Of a stretch of 64,000 bases of DNA, positions 30,160-40,042 are shown in pieces; within the stretch, counting starts at the first letter, position 1; each line of letters opens with the position of its first letter. The notes under the pieces are model-generated. The model did not search any database, was not told the DNA's origin, and was given only the letters and a program-made list of their open reading frames with translations. The translations under genes were made by a program, and so were the position numbers. This DNA comes from Kordiimonadaceae bacterium UBA4441 (GTDB lineage: Bacteria; Pseudomonadota; Alphaproteobacteria; Sphingomonadales; Emcibacteraceae): assembly GCA_002390425.1 (NCBI GenBank), contig DGPL01000060.1:9473-73472 (forward strand), in the 5' to 3' direction.

Positions 30160-31239
30160 TTAACCAATTGAAGGAAAAAGCCGGGTCACATGCCCCATTT
30201 TTCGACCAGGTCGGGATTCATTTTTCCCATAATGATGAACACTGGCACCTTTTTCTTTTAACAATTCATAATATTGAAAAATATCATCGCCAATTAAATT
30301 TGTCATTCGAGCTTCACCGCTAAACTTAACGCACCCTAATGGTAAGCCGCAAACAGCCCTAATATGTTGTTCAAATTGACTGGTGGGACAAGCTTCAATC
30401 GTCCAGTGTCCCGAATTGTGTACACGCGGTGCAATTTCATTAACCCGTAATAGTGGTCCATCTTTTGACACAAAAAATTCAACCGTCAGTACACCAACAT
30501 AATTTAATTCATTAATAATTTTTGTCGCTTTATCAATGGCGTCATTTAAAATTTCATCTTCAACCTGCGCTGGTGCAATTGATAAATCAAGAATATGATT
30601 TTTATGATTATTTTCAACTGGCGAAAAACAAACAACTTCACCGTCCTGGCCGCGCGCCGCAACAACTGAAACTTCTATATCAAATGGAATAAACCCTTCG
30701 ATGATTATACTATCATTATTGAGCTGTTTCCTGGCAGACGACAAATCATCTTCATTTTTAACGATGGCCTGTCCCTTACCGTCATAACCTAGACGCCGTG
30801 TTTTTAAAACCGCAGGATATCCAATATCCTTTAAGGCTTCTTCCGCTTCCTCTAATGTACTTACATCTTTAAAGGGAGCGGTTTCTATTCCTAAGTCGTT
30901 GATAAATTTTTTCTCAGTTAATCTATCTTGAGAAACTTCGAGTACTTTTGCATTAGGAAATACATTAATCACACCCGTTAAAACATTCACAGTTTCCACA
31001 GGAATGTTTTCAAACTCGTAAGTCACAACATCCACTTTGTTAGCAAATTCAAGCAAAGCTTTTTTGTCATCGTAGTCGGCATGCGTTACGGCATTACATA
31101 CTTGTTCCGTCGGCCCATCAATTTCATTTGTGAATACGTGAACTTTAAAACCCAATTCGGCAGCAGCAAGTGCCATCATACGACCAAGTTGGCCACCGCC
31201 TAACATTCCAATTGTTGATCCGGGAGCAAGTGTCTTCAT
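30160..31239 (-). CDS. purK: N5-carboxyaminoimidazole ribonucleotide synthase
   Basis: 359 aa ATP-grasp protein. IGMLGGGQLGRMM N-terminus and a C-terminal RKMGHVT motif. Lies downstream of purE. Confidence 0.93.
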   Translation of the reverse strand: MKTLAPGSTIGMLGGGQLGRMMALAAAELGFKVHVFTNEIDGPTEQVCNAVTHADYDDKKALLEFANKVDVVTYEFENIPVETVNVLTGVINVFPNAKVLEVSQDRLTEKKFINDLGIETAPFKDVSTLEEAEEALKDIGYPAVLKTRRLGYDGKGQAIVKNEDDLSSARKQLNNDSIIIEGFIPFDIEVSVVAARGQDGEVVCFSPVENNHKNHILDLSIAPAQVEDEILNDAIDKATKIINELNYVGVLTVEFFVSKDGPLLRVNEIAPRVHNSGHWTIEACPTSQFEQHIRAVCGLPLGCVKFSGEARMTNLIGDDIFQYYELLKEKGASVHHYGKNESRPGRKMGHVTRLFPSIG

Positions 31240-31240
31240 A

Positions 31241-31732
31241 TTAATCTACTGGTATTTCCGCGACAGCGTTCGTTTGTGTTTTACGCCAATTCTCTAGAGA
31301 TGCCGCTATTTTTTCATCATTTAGTGCAACGATCGACGCCGCCATTAATCCAGCATTCTTTGCGCCCGCTTGACCGATGGCCAATGTTCCCACTGGCACA
31401 CCGCCTGGCATTTGTACTATTGATAAAAGACTATCCATTCCTTTTAAAGCCTTACTTTCAATAGGAACGCCTAAAACGGGAAGCGGCGTCATTGACGCTG
31501 CCATACCTGGCAGATGGGCAGCCCCACCTGCGCCTGCGATAATGACTTGAAGTCCTCTTTCTTTAGCAGATCGTGCATAATCATAAAGACGGTCTGGTGT
31601 TCTATGTGCAGAAACAATTTTGCATTCGTGAGCCACACCTAATTCATTAAGTACATCTGAGGCATTTTTCATAATATGCCAATCAGATTGACTACCCATG
31701 ATAATCCCTACTTGTTGTTTATCTTCACTCAT
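31241..31732 (-). CDS. purE: N5-carboxyaminoimidazole ribonucleotide mutase
   Basis: 163 aa. [20 protein letters not shown] and [13 protein letters not shown] motifs. Confidence 0.95.
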   Translation of the reverse strand: MSEDKQQVGIIMGSQSDWHIMKNASDVLNELGVAHECKIVSAHRTPDRLYDYARSAKERGLQVIIAGAGGAAHLPGMAASMTPLPVLGVPIESKALKGMDSLLSIVQMPGGVPVGTLAIGQAGAKNAGLMAASIVALNDEKIAASLENWRKTQTNAVAEIPVD

Positions 31733-31955
31733 TTTCTGCCTCTAAAATTATTCAAAAGGAAGCCTTAACATTTCAAGAAAAGGGATTATAGCGATCTAGA
31801 TGAGATAGGCAAGTTTCCAGTGGTATTAAGATTCCCTGAATGTTATCATTATTTGTTATAGTTACTAATAGTATGTAGAATAGATTGAAACTACTACGAT
31901 ATGTTGCATCTATAGCAATGGATTTTATTAATCTGAATGAGGGTATACAGACATA

Positions 31956-32693
31956 ATGAAAGTTCAAGGTCCTGGAAATGTTGGCAGAGCACAACCAATA
32001 CGCCGCAAAACGATAGAGAAAACGCGCGCGTCATCTGGTGTATCGGCAACAGCACCTGTTAGAAATATAAATGATACTACTAGCGTTTTAGGAATCCCGT
32101 CCGCAGAAATGACCGCTAAAGTCAAGAATGCAATTATAACTTTAATGGCTGAAGTAGATCACATGCGCGGCGAACTGGAAATTGCGCATCGACGCATACC
32201 AGAGCTTGAAAAACTAGCGGATCAAGACAGTTTAATTGAAATTTCTAATCGGCGTGCCTTTGTTCGTGAAATGACCAGAATGATTTCTTATTCTGATCGT
32301 TATGGTATCAATAGCTCACTAATTTTTCTGGACATGAATGATCTGAAAGTAATCAACGATACTATGGGGCACAAAGTCGGCGATAAAGCTCTGGTTCATA
32401 TTGCAAAAGTGATGCTTTCAAATTTACGTGATTCTGATATTATAGGCCGATTAGGTGGCGATGAATTTGGCATTATTCTAACAAAGGCAAATGAAAAAAA
32501 TGCCGCAGCTAAGGCTGAACAAATCATTGCCAATCTTGAAAAGAAACCCCTGATAATTGATGGTAAAAATATACCCCTTAAAATGGCTTATGGGATTTAC
32601 CCCTTACACTCTGGCTTAAGCCCAGATCAAGCATTAGATCACGCTGATAAAAAAATGTACTCACATAAAAAAAATATGAAAAACGAAGAATAA
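31956..32693 (+). CDS. GGDEF-domain diguanylate cyclase with a short non-membrane N-terminal region
   Basis: 245 aa. RLGGDEFGIIL active-site motif, preceded by a coiled-coil-like stalk. Confidence 0.85.
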   Translation: MKVQGPGNVGRAQPIRRKTIEKTRASSGVSATAPVRNINDTTSVLGIPSAEMTAKVKNAIITLMAEVDHMRGELEIAHRRIPELEKLADQDSLIEISNRRAFVREMTRMISYSDRYGINSSLIFLDMNDLKVINDTMGHKVGDKALVHIAKVMLSNLRDSDIIGRLGGDEFGIILTKANEKNAAAKAEQIIANLEKKPLIIDGKNIPLKMAYGIYPLHSGLSPDQALDHADKKMYSHKKNMKNEE

Positions 32694-32696
32694 AGT

Positions 32697-32900
32697 TTAT
32701 GCGATAATGTCGGGAAGCATTTCATCTTCAAGTTTTGCTATTTGATCTTTCAACATTAATTTTTGTTTTTTCAATCTTTTTATTTGCAACATATTGGTCG
32801 TGCCCGATTTTAATAACGCATCTATAGCATCATCAAGGTCACGATGTTGGACTCTTAATTGCTGAATTTTCACTAGTATATCTGCGTTATCCATAGTCAT
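32697..32900 (-). CDS. DUF465 (YdcH-like) small protein
   Basis: 67 aa. LRVQHRDLDDAI...LQIKRLKKQKLMLKDQIAKLE is the typical DUF465 pattern. Confidence 0.7.
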   Translation of the reverse strand: MTMDNADILVKIQQLRVQHRDLDDAIDALLKSGTTNMLQIKRLKKQKLMLKDQIAKLEDEMLPDIIA

Positions 32901-32950
32901 ACCTTAAAGCTTATAATGATAATATATCACAAGTCGTGCAAAAACAGATA

Positions 32951-33535
32951 TTATGATTTCCATCTCTTTATCGTTGAAATTTCTATATCAAATAAATCTA
33001 ATAATCTTGCCAATGTCTGCTCAACCATTTCATCAATCGATGCTGGTTTGGTATAAAATGCAGGAACAGGTGGCGCAATGATAGCGCCCATTTCAGTTAA
33101 TGACGTCATCGTTTTAAGATGTCCTAAATGAAAAGGTGTTTCCCTAACCATAAGAACTAATTTGCGACGTTCTTTCAAAACAACATCAGCAGCTCTAGTT
33201 AAAAGGCTTGAAGTGACACCACAGTTAATTTCCGACATGGTTTTCACGGAACACGGAACTATTAACATGCCATCCGTTTTAAAGGATCCACTAGCAATAG
33301 AAGCGCCAATATCATCAACTTTATGAACCACATCAGCTAACTGATTTATATCTGAAACTTTTATGGATGTTTCTAATTTCGCCGTTACCTTTGCAGCCTT
33401 GGACATAACAAGATGTGTTTCGACATCTAATTCGCTTAATATTTCTAATAAGCGCAATCCATACTCTATCCCGGACGCTCCACTAATACCTATTATGAGT
33501 CGTTTTGATATCTTAACCATATTGATCGCATTCAA
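32951..33535 (-). CDS. ubiX: Flavin prenyltransferase UbiX
   Basis: 194 aa. LIIGISGASGIEYGLRLLE N-terminus and LVPCSVKTMSEI motif. Confidence 0.92.
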   Translation of the reverse strand: MNAINMVKISKRLIIGISGASGIEYGLRLLEILSELDVETHLVMSKAAKVTAKLETSIKVSDINQLADVVHKVDDIGASIASGSFKTDGMLIVPCSVKTMSEINCGVTSSLLTRAADVVLKERRKLVLMVRETPFHLGHLKTMTSLTEMGAIIAPPVPAFYTKPASIDEMVEQTLARLLDLFDIEISTIKRWKS

Positions 33536-33904
33536 ATTATAAAATTACTGTTTTCACTAATATAAATATAATCTCTTATAACAAATTATTTTTATTTTAT
33601 ATAGCTTTACCATACAGGTAAAAATGAAACCTCAAAAAAGCTATTGAAGTTCGTGACAATCATTAAAAAATGTGATGTAATTTAAATGCTGTAACTAAGA
33701 ATTTTGGTTCCTAAATGAATTAAAACAGCCGTTGAGTGATAAAGGAATTTAAATGGCTAAATGCCTATTAACAAAATATGCCTTAACCAAAACAGACGAT
33801 AATACTTCGTCGGCCCTCAACCAAACCAATTATTTAAATTGCCATAAAAAACGCGTTACACATAAAAATAACGACATATCAATATATTAGCAGGAGAAAA
33901 AAAT

Positions 33905-34072
33905 ATGCACGCAGAAGCTCATATTAATGCACTTTCACAAAAACATGCTGCCCTAGATGAAAAAATCCATATGGAAGAAAATCGACCAGCGCCAGATAGT
34001 ACAATCCTGCATGAGCTCAAAAAAGAAAAGCTAATATTGAAAGATGAAATCGAGCGATTGAACACTCAATAA
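33905..34072 (+). CDS. Unlisted 55-aa DUF465 (YdcH-like) protein
   Basis: MHAEAHINALSQKHAALDEKIHMEENRPAPDSTILHELKKEKLILKDEIERLNTQ. An AGGAG lies 8 nt upstream of the ATG, and the terminator at 34093-34125 follows. Confidence 0.6.
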   Translation: MHAEAHINALSQKHAALDEKIHMEENRPAPDSTILHELKKEKLILKDEIERLNTQ

Positions 34073-34092
34073 AATTTTAGCCATCAGAAATT

Positions 34093-34125
34093 AAAAAACC
34101 CGCTTATTTAAGCGGGTTTTCTTTT
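34093..34125. terminator. Bidirectional intrinsic terminator
   Basis: AAAAAACCCGCTTA-TT-TAAGCGGGTTTTCTTTT: a 9-bp perfect stem between convergent genes. Confidence 0.75.
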
Positions 34126-34143
34126 ATAGCACTTACTAAAACA

Positions 34144-34695
34144 CTATTCAGTTTCATTAGCTTTTTCTGTTTCAGCTCTTCTAGGGGCTGCTTTCTTTAC
34201 TGCCGCATCAAGTTCTAGTTGCTTGCAAAGACCTAAAAGTACTGGATCTACAGGTTTAATATTGCTCATATTCCAATGAGTGCGTTCACGAATGGCCGTA
34301 ATAGTTGGCTTAGTCGTTCCCACCAATTTAGAAATTTGGGCGTCTGTTAATTCCGGATGATTCCTAATCAACCATGCAATTGCATCTGGCTTATCTTGCC
34401 TTTTAGAAACAGGCGTATATTTTGCGCCGCCACTTCTTGCTTTAGCTGGCACTTCATCAACGATAATTTGCAGTCTTGCTTTTTCATCATTTTGGCAGCG
34501 ATCAATTTCTGCCCAAGTTAATTGTCCATTTGCTACAGGATCTAAACCGACAATATTTACAGCAACCTGTTCGTCGGCAATACCTTGAACTTCTAACTCG
34601 TGCAAACCACAAAATGCTGCAATTTGTGTAAAACTGAGACTTGTATTATCCACAAGCCATACGCCTGTCGCCATTGGCATCAAAGGCTCTGTCAT
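34144..34695 (-). CDS. DUF1013-family protein (alphaproteobacteria-specific, putative HTH)
   Basis: 183 aa. PLMPMATGVWLVDNTSLSFTQIAAFCGLHELEVQGIAD is the family-typical N-terminus. Confidence 0.7.
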   Translation of the reverse strand: MTEPLMPMATGVWLVDNTSLSFTQIAAFCGLHELEVQGIADEQVAVNIVGLDPVANGQLTWAEIDRCQNDEKARLQIIVDEVPAKARSGGAKYTPVSKRQDKPDAIAWLIRNHPELTDAQISKLVGTTKPTITAIRERTHWNMSNIKPVDPVLLGLCKQLELDAAVKKAAPRRAETEKANETE

Positions 34696-34913
34696 AACAA
34701 CTCCTAAATATAATATTATTTTGAATCAATAACTGCAGCATAGAGTGAGTTTTCGCAATTGAAAAGACCTACTATAAAAACTTTATAAGTATTTGAAATA
34801 TAACTATAAAAATTATTAATTTAACATATTTAAAAAAATAACTTAATTAATTTACTGTAGACGTAAAAAAAGCCCCGATAAAATCGGAGCTTCCTTCTAA
34901 AATATTTAATGAC

Positions 34914-35288
34914 TTACTGAAGTGCCCAAGCGAGTGGAACAACCATTGTAAGCTGGCTATCAGATGCATCTGCTGGTGGTGCAGGCAGCGGACTAACACG
35001 CTTCATTAATTTTGGAATCTCACGATCTAAAACATCGTGACCTGACGATTCTGTTACTGAATGTGCCAGAATGTTGCCATCACGATCTACATTAATTTCA
35101 ACTTTGATTTTACCTTCAAGTTCTTTGCGTAAAGCGGCACGTGGATACGTTTGTTTCTTAGCAATTTTTTTAGCTACTGACTTCTGCCAACCGCTAATAT
35201 CTTGTGCGTTAGCTGATGTCGCAAATCCTGCAAATGCCACTGTACTTGCAACAATTACTGATACCATAAGTTTACTTAACTTGCCCAT
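34914..35288 (-). CDS. TonB C-terminal-domain protein (exported)
   Basis: Signal peptide MGKLSKLMVSVIVASTVAFAGFATSANA, then YPRAALRKELEGKIKVEINVDRDGN (TonB_C pattern). An AGGAG lies 7 nt before the ATG at 35288; the listed ORF starts at 35333. Confidence 0.65.
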   Translation of the reverse strand: MGKLSKLMVSVIVASTVAFAGFATSANAQDISGWQKSVAKKIAKKQTYPRAALRKELEGKIKVEINVDRDGNILAHSVTESSGHDVLDREIPKLMKRVSPLPAPPADASDSQLTMVVPLAWALQ

Positions 35289-35583
35289 TTTAATACTCCT
35301 AATTTCTATACAATTTGTCTCTAATTTTTTCATTTAGAAACTCCCCAACCCATCTGTGAATCATCACTTTGCTTAATGTGGGAAACTTCATCCGCACAAA
35401 AAACTATATGCAAAAAAGTAAACTGAAGCTTAAAGATAAAATTTTAAGTATTTAAAAATGACGGTTTTGCGCTATTATCGCCCTAAAAAAGCCTCCTTTT
35501 TATATCAAAAACAATAAATCATTTGAAATATGAATTCCATATAACCTATTGTAACATAATAAATTTGCAGAAAGAGACCCACA

Positions 35584-36186
35584 ATGAGAATAATAAAAAC
35601 GTTGAATATTACTTTTTTTTTCATTTTTATGATTTTTTTTACTGCAAACGCCCAAAATGCGCTAAATACTACAGATATTGACAATTATTTAACTTCTTTG
35701 AAGAATATCTCAAGCATGATGAAGAGGTATAATGATGAGAACCGATCTAAAGAAAATGCTGACTTAGCCACGTTACCACCAATTGACGAACTTTCAAAAA
35801 CCCCGATCACTGATACCTTAGAATTTGTAAAATCACATCCCACATATTCAACCCTAGAAATAATCGTAAAATCTTCTGGTTTCAATACGACAGAGGAGTG
35901 GGCAAACACCGGCGATCAAATCATGTTAGCTTATTCAGCCTATTATTTAAAAAATCCTCAGGATAAAGACGCAATGTCCATTGAAGAAATGATTAAAGAT
36001 TTAAATGCCAAGGATGACCAAATTAAAAATAATATGTTTATTAGCGATGAACAAAAGAATTTTCTGACTGAGAAAATTGAAAATTCAATAGCAATGCTCA
36101 AAGATCCTAATTATATTGATAATGAAAATATTAAGATTCTCAGTCCTTACATAAAAAGACTGAATATACTGTTTAAGGAACAATAA
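35584..36186 (+). CDS. Hypothetical exported protein, Asn/Lys-rich
   Basis: 200-aa ORF with a signal peptide (…FFTANA|QN). No family recognised. Confidence 0.45.
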   Translation: MRIIKTLNITFFFIFMIFFTANAQNALNTTDIDNYLTSLKNISSMMKRYNDENRSKENADLATLPPIDELSKTPITDTLEFVKSHPTYSTLEIIVKSSGFNTTEEWANTGDQIMLAYSAYYLKNPQDKDAMSIEEMIKDLNAKDDQIKNNMFISDEQKNFLTEKIENSIAMLKDPNYIDNENIKILSPYIKRLNILFKEQ

Positions 36187-36419
36187 TGACACGTACAGAA
36201 GTTTTGCGAATCCAGAAATATCTAAACAGCAAATTTGACAACACTAAATTCACATTAAAAAATAGCCCCGCTGCTGACGATAGCATGGAGGTTTATATTG
36301 GAGATGAATTTATTGGCGTTATCTACCGTGACGAGGACGAAGGTGAAGTATCCTATGCCTTTAATATGGCGATTTTGGAAATAGATCTTCCAAACGCTGC
36401 AGATGCTTCGCTCATCTAA
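36186..36419 (+). CDS. DUF3126-family small protein
   Basis: 77 aa. The pattern VLRIQKYLNSKFDN...VYIGDEFIGVIYRDEDEGEVSY is typical of this alphaproteobacterial family. Confidence 0.6.
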   Translation: MTRTEVLRIQKYLNSKFDNTKFTLKNSPAADDSMEVYIGDEFIGVIYRDEDEGEVSYAFNMAILEIDLPNAADASLI

Positions 36420-36556
36420 CTATAAATAACCCGCAAGTTTGTAATCGATACAAAGAGCCTTTAATTAGCCTTATTGGCAAAATAGCATCGTTTATAATTT
36501 TTCTAAATGAACCTAATTAAGCTATGATTTTTTAATTATAAGGATAAATTAATAGT

Positions 36557-37225
36557 ATGCGTCAACTATATCACTATTGGTTTTCCCCTAATTCTAGAAA
36601 AGCTCGTATCGCCTTACTGGAAAAAGAGTTAGATTTTGATCTCGTATTAGAGCTTCCTTGGAAAAGAAGGCATGATTTTCTTGTACTCAACCCAGCAGGT
36701 ACAGTGCCAACACTCATAGAAGATGATGGAAAAACAATTTGTGGAAATGCCGCAATCAGTGAATATCTCAATGAAAAATATGATACCGTAAACCTTATCG
36801 GCGAAAGTGCTGATATTCGGACCGAAGTAAGACGATTAACCGAATGGTTTGATATTAAATTCTATGAAGAAGTTAGTGAAATTATTATCAACGAAAAATT
36901 CATGAAGCGATACCTTAAGCGTGGTGACACAGAAGCAAAAGTGATTAGGTTTGCCAACCAAAATATAAAGCATCATTTACAATATATTGCTTACTTAACG
37001 GATCGCCGGAATTGGTTAGCAGGAAATGATTTCTCATATGCAGATATAGCCGCTGCTTCCCATATATCATGTGTTGATTATTTCGGTGACGTCCCATGGG
37101 AAAAATACCCTGAAGCCCGAAATTGGTATGCGCGTGTTAAATCGCGCCCTTCAATGCAACCTATTTTAAAAGATAAAGTTGCGGGCCTTCAACCGGCCAA
37201 ACATTACAGTGATCCAGACTTCTAA
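36557..37225 (+). CDS. Glutathione S-transferase
   Basis: 222 aa. N-terminal thioredoxin-like domain (LYHYWFSPNSRKARIALLEKELDF...NPAGTVPTL) and a helical C-domain. Confidence 0.85.
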   Translation: MRQLYHYWFSPNSRKARIALLEKELDFDLVLELPWKRRHDFLVLNPAGTVPTLIEDDGKTICGNAAISEYLNEKYDTVNLIGESADIRTEVRRLTEWFDIKFYEEVSEIIINEKFMKRYLKRGDTEAKVIRFANQNIKHHLQYIAYLTDRRNWLAGNDFSYADIAAASHISCVDYFGDVPWEKYPEARNWYARVKSRPSMQPILKDKVAGLQPAKHYSDPDF

Positions 37226-37226
37226 G

Positions 37227-38360
37227 ATGGAACAAATTGAAGAGCAGTCCACCATAAAGAATAAAATTCAAACTTTAGCTCTTGAAGTAGGGTTTGACAC
37301 CGTTAAGTTTACCTCACCAACCGGATTAGAAAACAGTGCTGAAAGCTTCGATCAATTCTTAAGCTCTTCTTATAATGGAGAAATGAAATGGTTAGAAGAA
37401 AAAGCGGAGAGACGAAAAAACCCTCTTGTTTTATGGCCCGAAACAAAATCTATAATTATGTTAGGAATGAATTATGGTCCTGACTCTAATCCCCTCGAAT
37501 TTTTAGAATATAAAGAACATGGGAATATTTCTGTTTATGCTTTAGGAAAAGATTATCATGATGTTATTAAAAAACGTCTAAAACAAATTGCACGACAAAT
37601 TCATAGAGAATATGACGTTGAAGTAAAAGTTTTCGTTGATACAGCCCCTGTTATGGAAAAACCGCTCGCACAAAAATCGGGAATGGGATGGCAAGGGAAA
37701 CACACCAACTTAGTCAGTCATGAATTTGGGTCATGGTTGTTTCTAGGGAGTATTTTTACGGCGCTTGAAATAGAACCCGACAGCGAAATGCAAGACCACT
37801 GTGGATCATGCCATGCTTGCCTAGATGTATGCCCAACAAACGCATTTCCCGCACCTTACAAACTTGATGCGCGACGATGTATTTCTTATTTAACCATAGA
37901 ATATAAAGGGCATATTGATCTAGAATTTCGAAAAGCAATGGGCAATAGGATTTATGGTTGCGATGACTGTCTTTCTATTTGTCCATGGAATAAATTTGCT
38001 AAAAAAACTAATGAAATTTCATTTCATCCAAGAATAGAATTAGACTTCGCACGCCTTGATGAATTAGCCCAGCTTGATGATCAGACGTTTAGAACAGTTT
38101 TTTCAGGATCACCAATAAAAAGAATAGGGCGAGATTTTTTTATAAGAAATGTTCTAATTGCAATTGGTAATAGTGAGCAAGAAAAACATATTCCACTTTT
38201 AAAAGATAAATTATTTGAAGAAAGTCCCTATATAAGAGCAATGGCGATATGGGCGTTAAAGCAGTTATGTGATAAAGAAATGTTCATTGAACTTAAAAAT
38301 AAGAATCTATTTAGTGAAACTGATATCGCTGTAAAAAGAGAATGGGAAATTAATTACTAA
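37227..38360 (+). CDS. queG: Epoxyqueuosine reductase QueG
   Basis: Two 4Fe-4S motifs (CGSCHACLDVCP, CDDCLSICP) and HEAT-like C-terminal repeats. The ATG at 37227 follows the GST stop; the listed ORF starts at 37179. Confidence 0.9.
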   Translation: MEQIEEQSTIKNKIQTLALEVGFDTVKFTSPTGLENSAESFDQFLSSSYNGEMKWLEEKAERRKNPLVLWPETKSIIMLGMNYGPDSNPLEFLEYKEHGNISVYALGKDYHDVIKKRLKQIARQIHREYDVEVKVFVDTAPVMEKPLAQKSGMGWQGKHTNLVSHEFGSWLFLGSIFTALEIEPDSEMQDHCGSCHACLDVCPTNAFPAPYKLDARRCISYLTIEYKGHIDLEFRKAMGNRIYGCDDCLSICPWNKFAKKTNEISFHPRIELDFARLDELAQLDDQTFRTVFSGSPIKRIGRDFFIRNVLIAIGNSEQEKHIPLLKDKLFEESPYIRAMAIWALKQLCDKEMFIELKNKNLFSETDIAVKREWEINY

Positions 38361-39144
38361 TCAATTTCATATTGTCTTCTGCTAGCTTTTGCCAATCACT
38401 ATCGGGAAATTTATCAATAAGCTTTTGCCATTCTTTTTTAGCTTTCATATCTTCCCGTAACATCCGATAATTTATGCCACTTTCAAATAACAAATCTGGC
38501 TGGTTTGGCTTTATACTCAATCCTTGATTAAGATCCAATCGAGCCTTTAAATGCTCATTCATTTTTCGGTATGTCTCTGCACGATAAAGAAAAGCTTCAA
38601 TTCGTTCCTCGTCTAATTCCAGGGCATAACTAAAATCATCTAAGGCACTTTGAAAATCTTCGCGATCAATTTGTACAGTTCCTCTTTCAATATAAAAATC
38701 ATATTTAAAAACGGGATGATCGTCTAATGAAAGAAGCGCCGTTGTATAAATTGTGAACGCTCTTTCCAACTTATTATTAGCCCGCCAAGCGTTTCCCGCT
38801 AAATAGCGCAATTGGGCGGAAAGAAGAGTTTTATTTTTAATTGCAAACACACCAATACCATCTCCACGTGATACTTTATCGGCGATTATTTCAAGTAACC
38901 CTGCGGCTTCTTCAAAACGGTTTTGGTCATAAAGGGCCATGGCTTCACAATGCTGTGCTGCGGCTCCTCCGCCTTCGACGTACCATTTCTTAGCAGTAAT
39001 AACAGCGTTACTATTTTCTTCACTTATACTTGCGATACAAGCTTGGTATTTGTCTGACTGTTCTTTTTCTGATAAAGTTTGCGCAAAAATAAGCCCTCCT
39101 GGAAGCAGAAATAATATTATTAACCCTAAAAATCTTATGCTCAT
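38350..39144 (-). CDS. Exported TPR-repeat protein
   Basis: The start at 39144 gives the signal peptide MSIRFLGLIILFLLPGGLIFA|Q. TPR-like repeats follow (AFTIYTTALL, ALDDFSYALELD, AFLYRAETY). The longer listed ORF would overlap the divergent gene. Confidence 0.7.
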   Translation of the reverse strand: MSIRFLGLIILFLLPGGLIFAQTLSEKEQSDKYQACIASISEENSNAVITAKKWYVEGGGAAAQHCEAMALYDQNRFEEAAGLLEIIADKVSRGDGIGVFAIKNKTLLSAQLRYLAGNAWRANNKLERAFTIYTTALLSLDDHPVFKYDFYIERGTVQIDREDFQSALDDFSYALELDEERIEAFLYRAETYRKMNEHLKARLDLNQGLSIKPNQPDLLFESGINYRMLREDMKAKKEWQKLIDKFPDSDWQKLAEDNMKLISN

Positions 39145-39229
39145 ATTGCAATAACCTATTATCAATTTGTCATCCACTGTATAAATAGAAACGTAAAAAA
39201 GCGCAAACCGAATAATAAAGTGAGACACT

Positions 39230-40042
39230 ATGAAACTATTTTGTTTTGGTATGGGGTATACCGCCAAAAAACTTTGTAAGTCATTATCAACTGAAAAATG
39301 GCATTTTTCCGGCACCAATCGAAAATCCGGTGATTTTATTTTTAATGGCAATGAGCCGATGCACAATGCGCAATCCGTATTAAAAGATGTAACACATTTG
39401 TTAATCTCTATTGCGCCATCAAAAGAAAATGGCGACTTAGTGCTTCTTCACCATCAAAAAGACATTCTAAATATGCCTTCTTTAAAATGGGTCGGATATT
39501 TATCTGCTACGAGTGTTTATGGCGACCATAGCGGTAATTGGGTAGATGAAACCTCAGAAACCAAGCCAGTAGGAGCACGCGGCTTAGAGAGAAAAAAAGC
39601 TGAACAGCAGTGGGAGAACTTAGGATTTCCACTTCATATTTTCAGATTAAGCGGGATTTATGGCCCAGAGAGAAACCAAGTAAATGCCATAAAAGAGCAA
39701 ACCATTCAAAAGATCATTAAAGAAGGTCATAGTTTTTCCCGAATTCATGTGGAAGACATCGTATCCGCTTTAATGCTTTCAATGAATGACCCAATTCCCG
39801 GCATTTATAATCTGGCTGATGATCAGCCCTCTTCAACAGCGGACATCATTGACTATGTCTGTGAACAATTGAACATGGAAAAACCAAAAGGCGTTCCCTT
39901 TGAAGAAGCCGATTTAAGCGAAATGCGAAGAAGTTTTTATCAGGACCATAAAAAAGTCAGCAATAAAAAACTGAAACAAATTTATAATTGGAAACCCAAA
40001 TATTCTGACTACAAGGCGGGATATGATAGTTTTCTTAAATAA
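39230..40042 (+). CDS. NAD(P)-binding Rossmann-fold (SDR/epimerase-like) protein
   Basis: 270 aa. MKLFCFGMGYTAKKL N-terminal glycine motif and SATSVYGD / FRLSGIYGPER blocks typical of extended SDRs. Confidence 0.7.
   Translation: MKLFCFGMGYTAKKLCKSLSTEKWHFSGTNRKSGDFIFNGNEPMHNAQSVLKDVTHLLISIAPSKENGDLVLLHHQKDILNMPSLKWVGYLSATSVYGDHSGNWVDETSETKPVGARGLERKKAEQQWENLGFPLHIFRLSGIYGPERNQVNAIKEQTIQKIIKEGHSFSRIHVEDIVSALMLSMNDPIPGIYNLADDQPSSTADIIDYVCEQLNMEKPKGVPFEEADLSEMRRSFYQDHKKVSNKKLKQIYNWKPKYSDYKAGYDSFLK

Noticed and set aside
31733-31955. Possible purine or ZTP riboswitch in the 220-nt region upstream of purE, and the 73-aa ORF at 31773-31994.
   Set aside because: I could not find the conserved purine-riboswitch or ZTP (pfl) core sequences by eye. 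The ORF is low-complexity, overlaps the GGDEF gene start and has no recognisable family.
39145-39366. 74-codon N-terminal extension of the TPR protein ORF.
   Set aside because: It would overlap the divergent gene at 39230. The internal Met at 39144 gives a textbook signal peptide.
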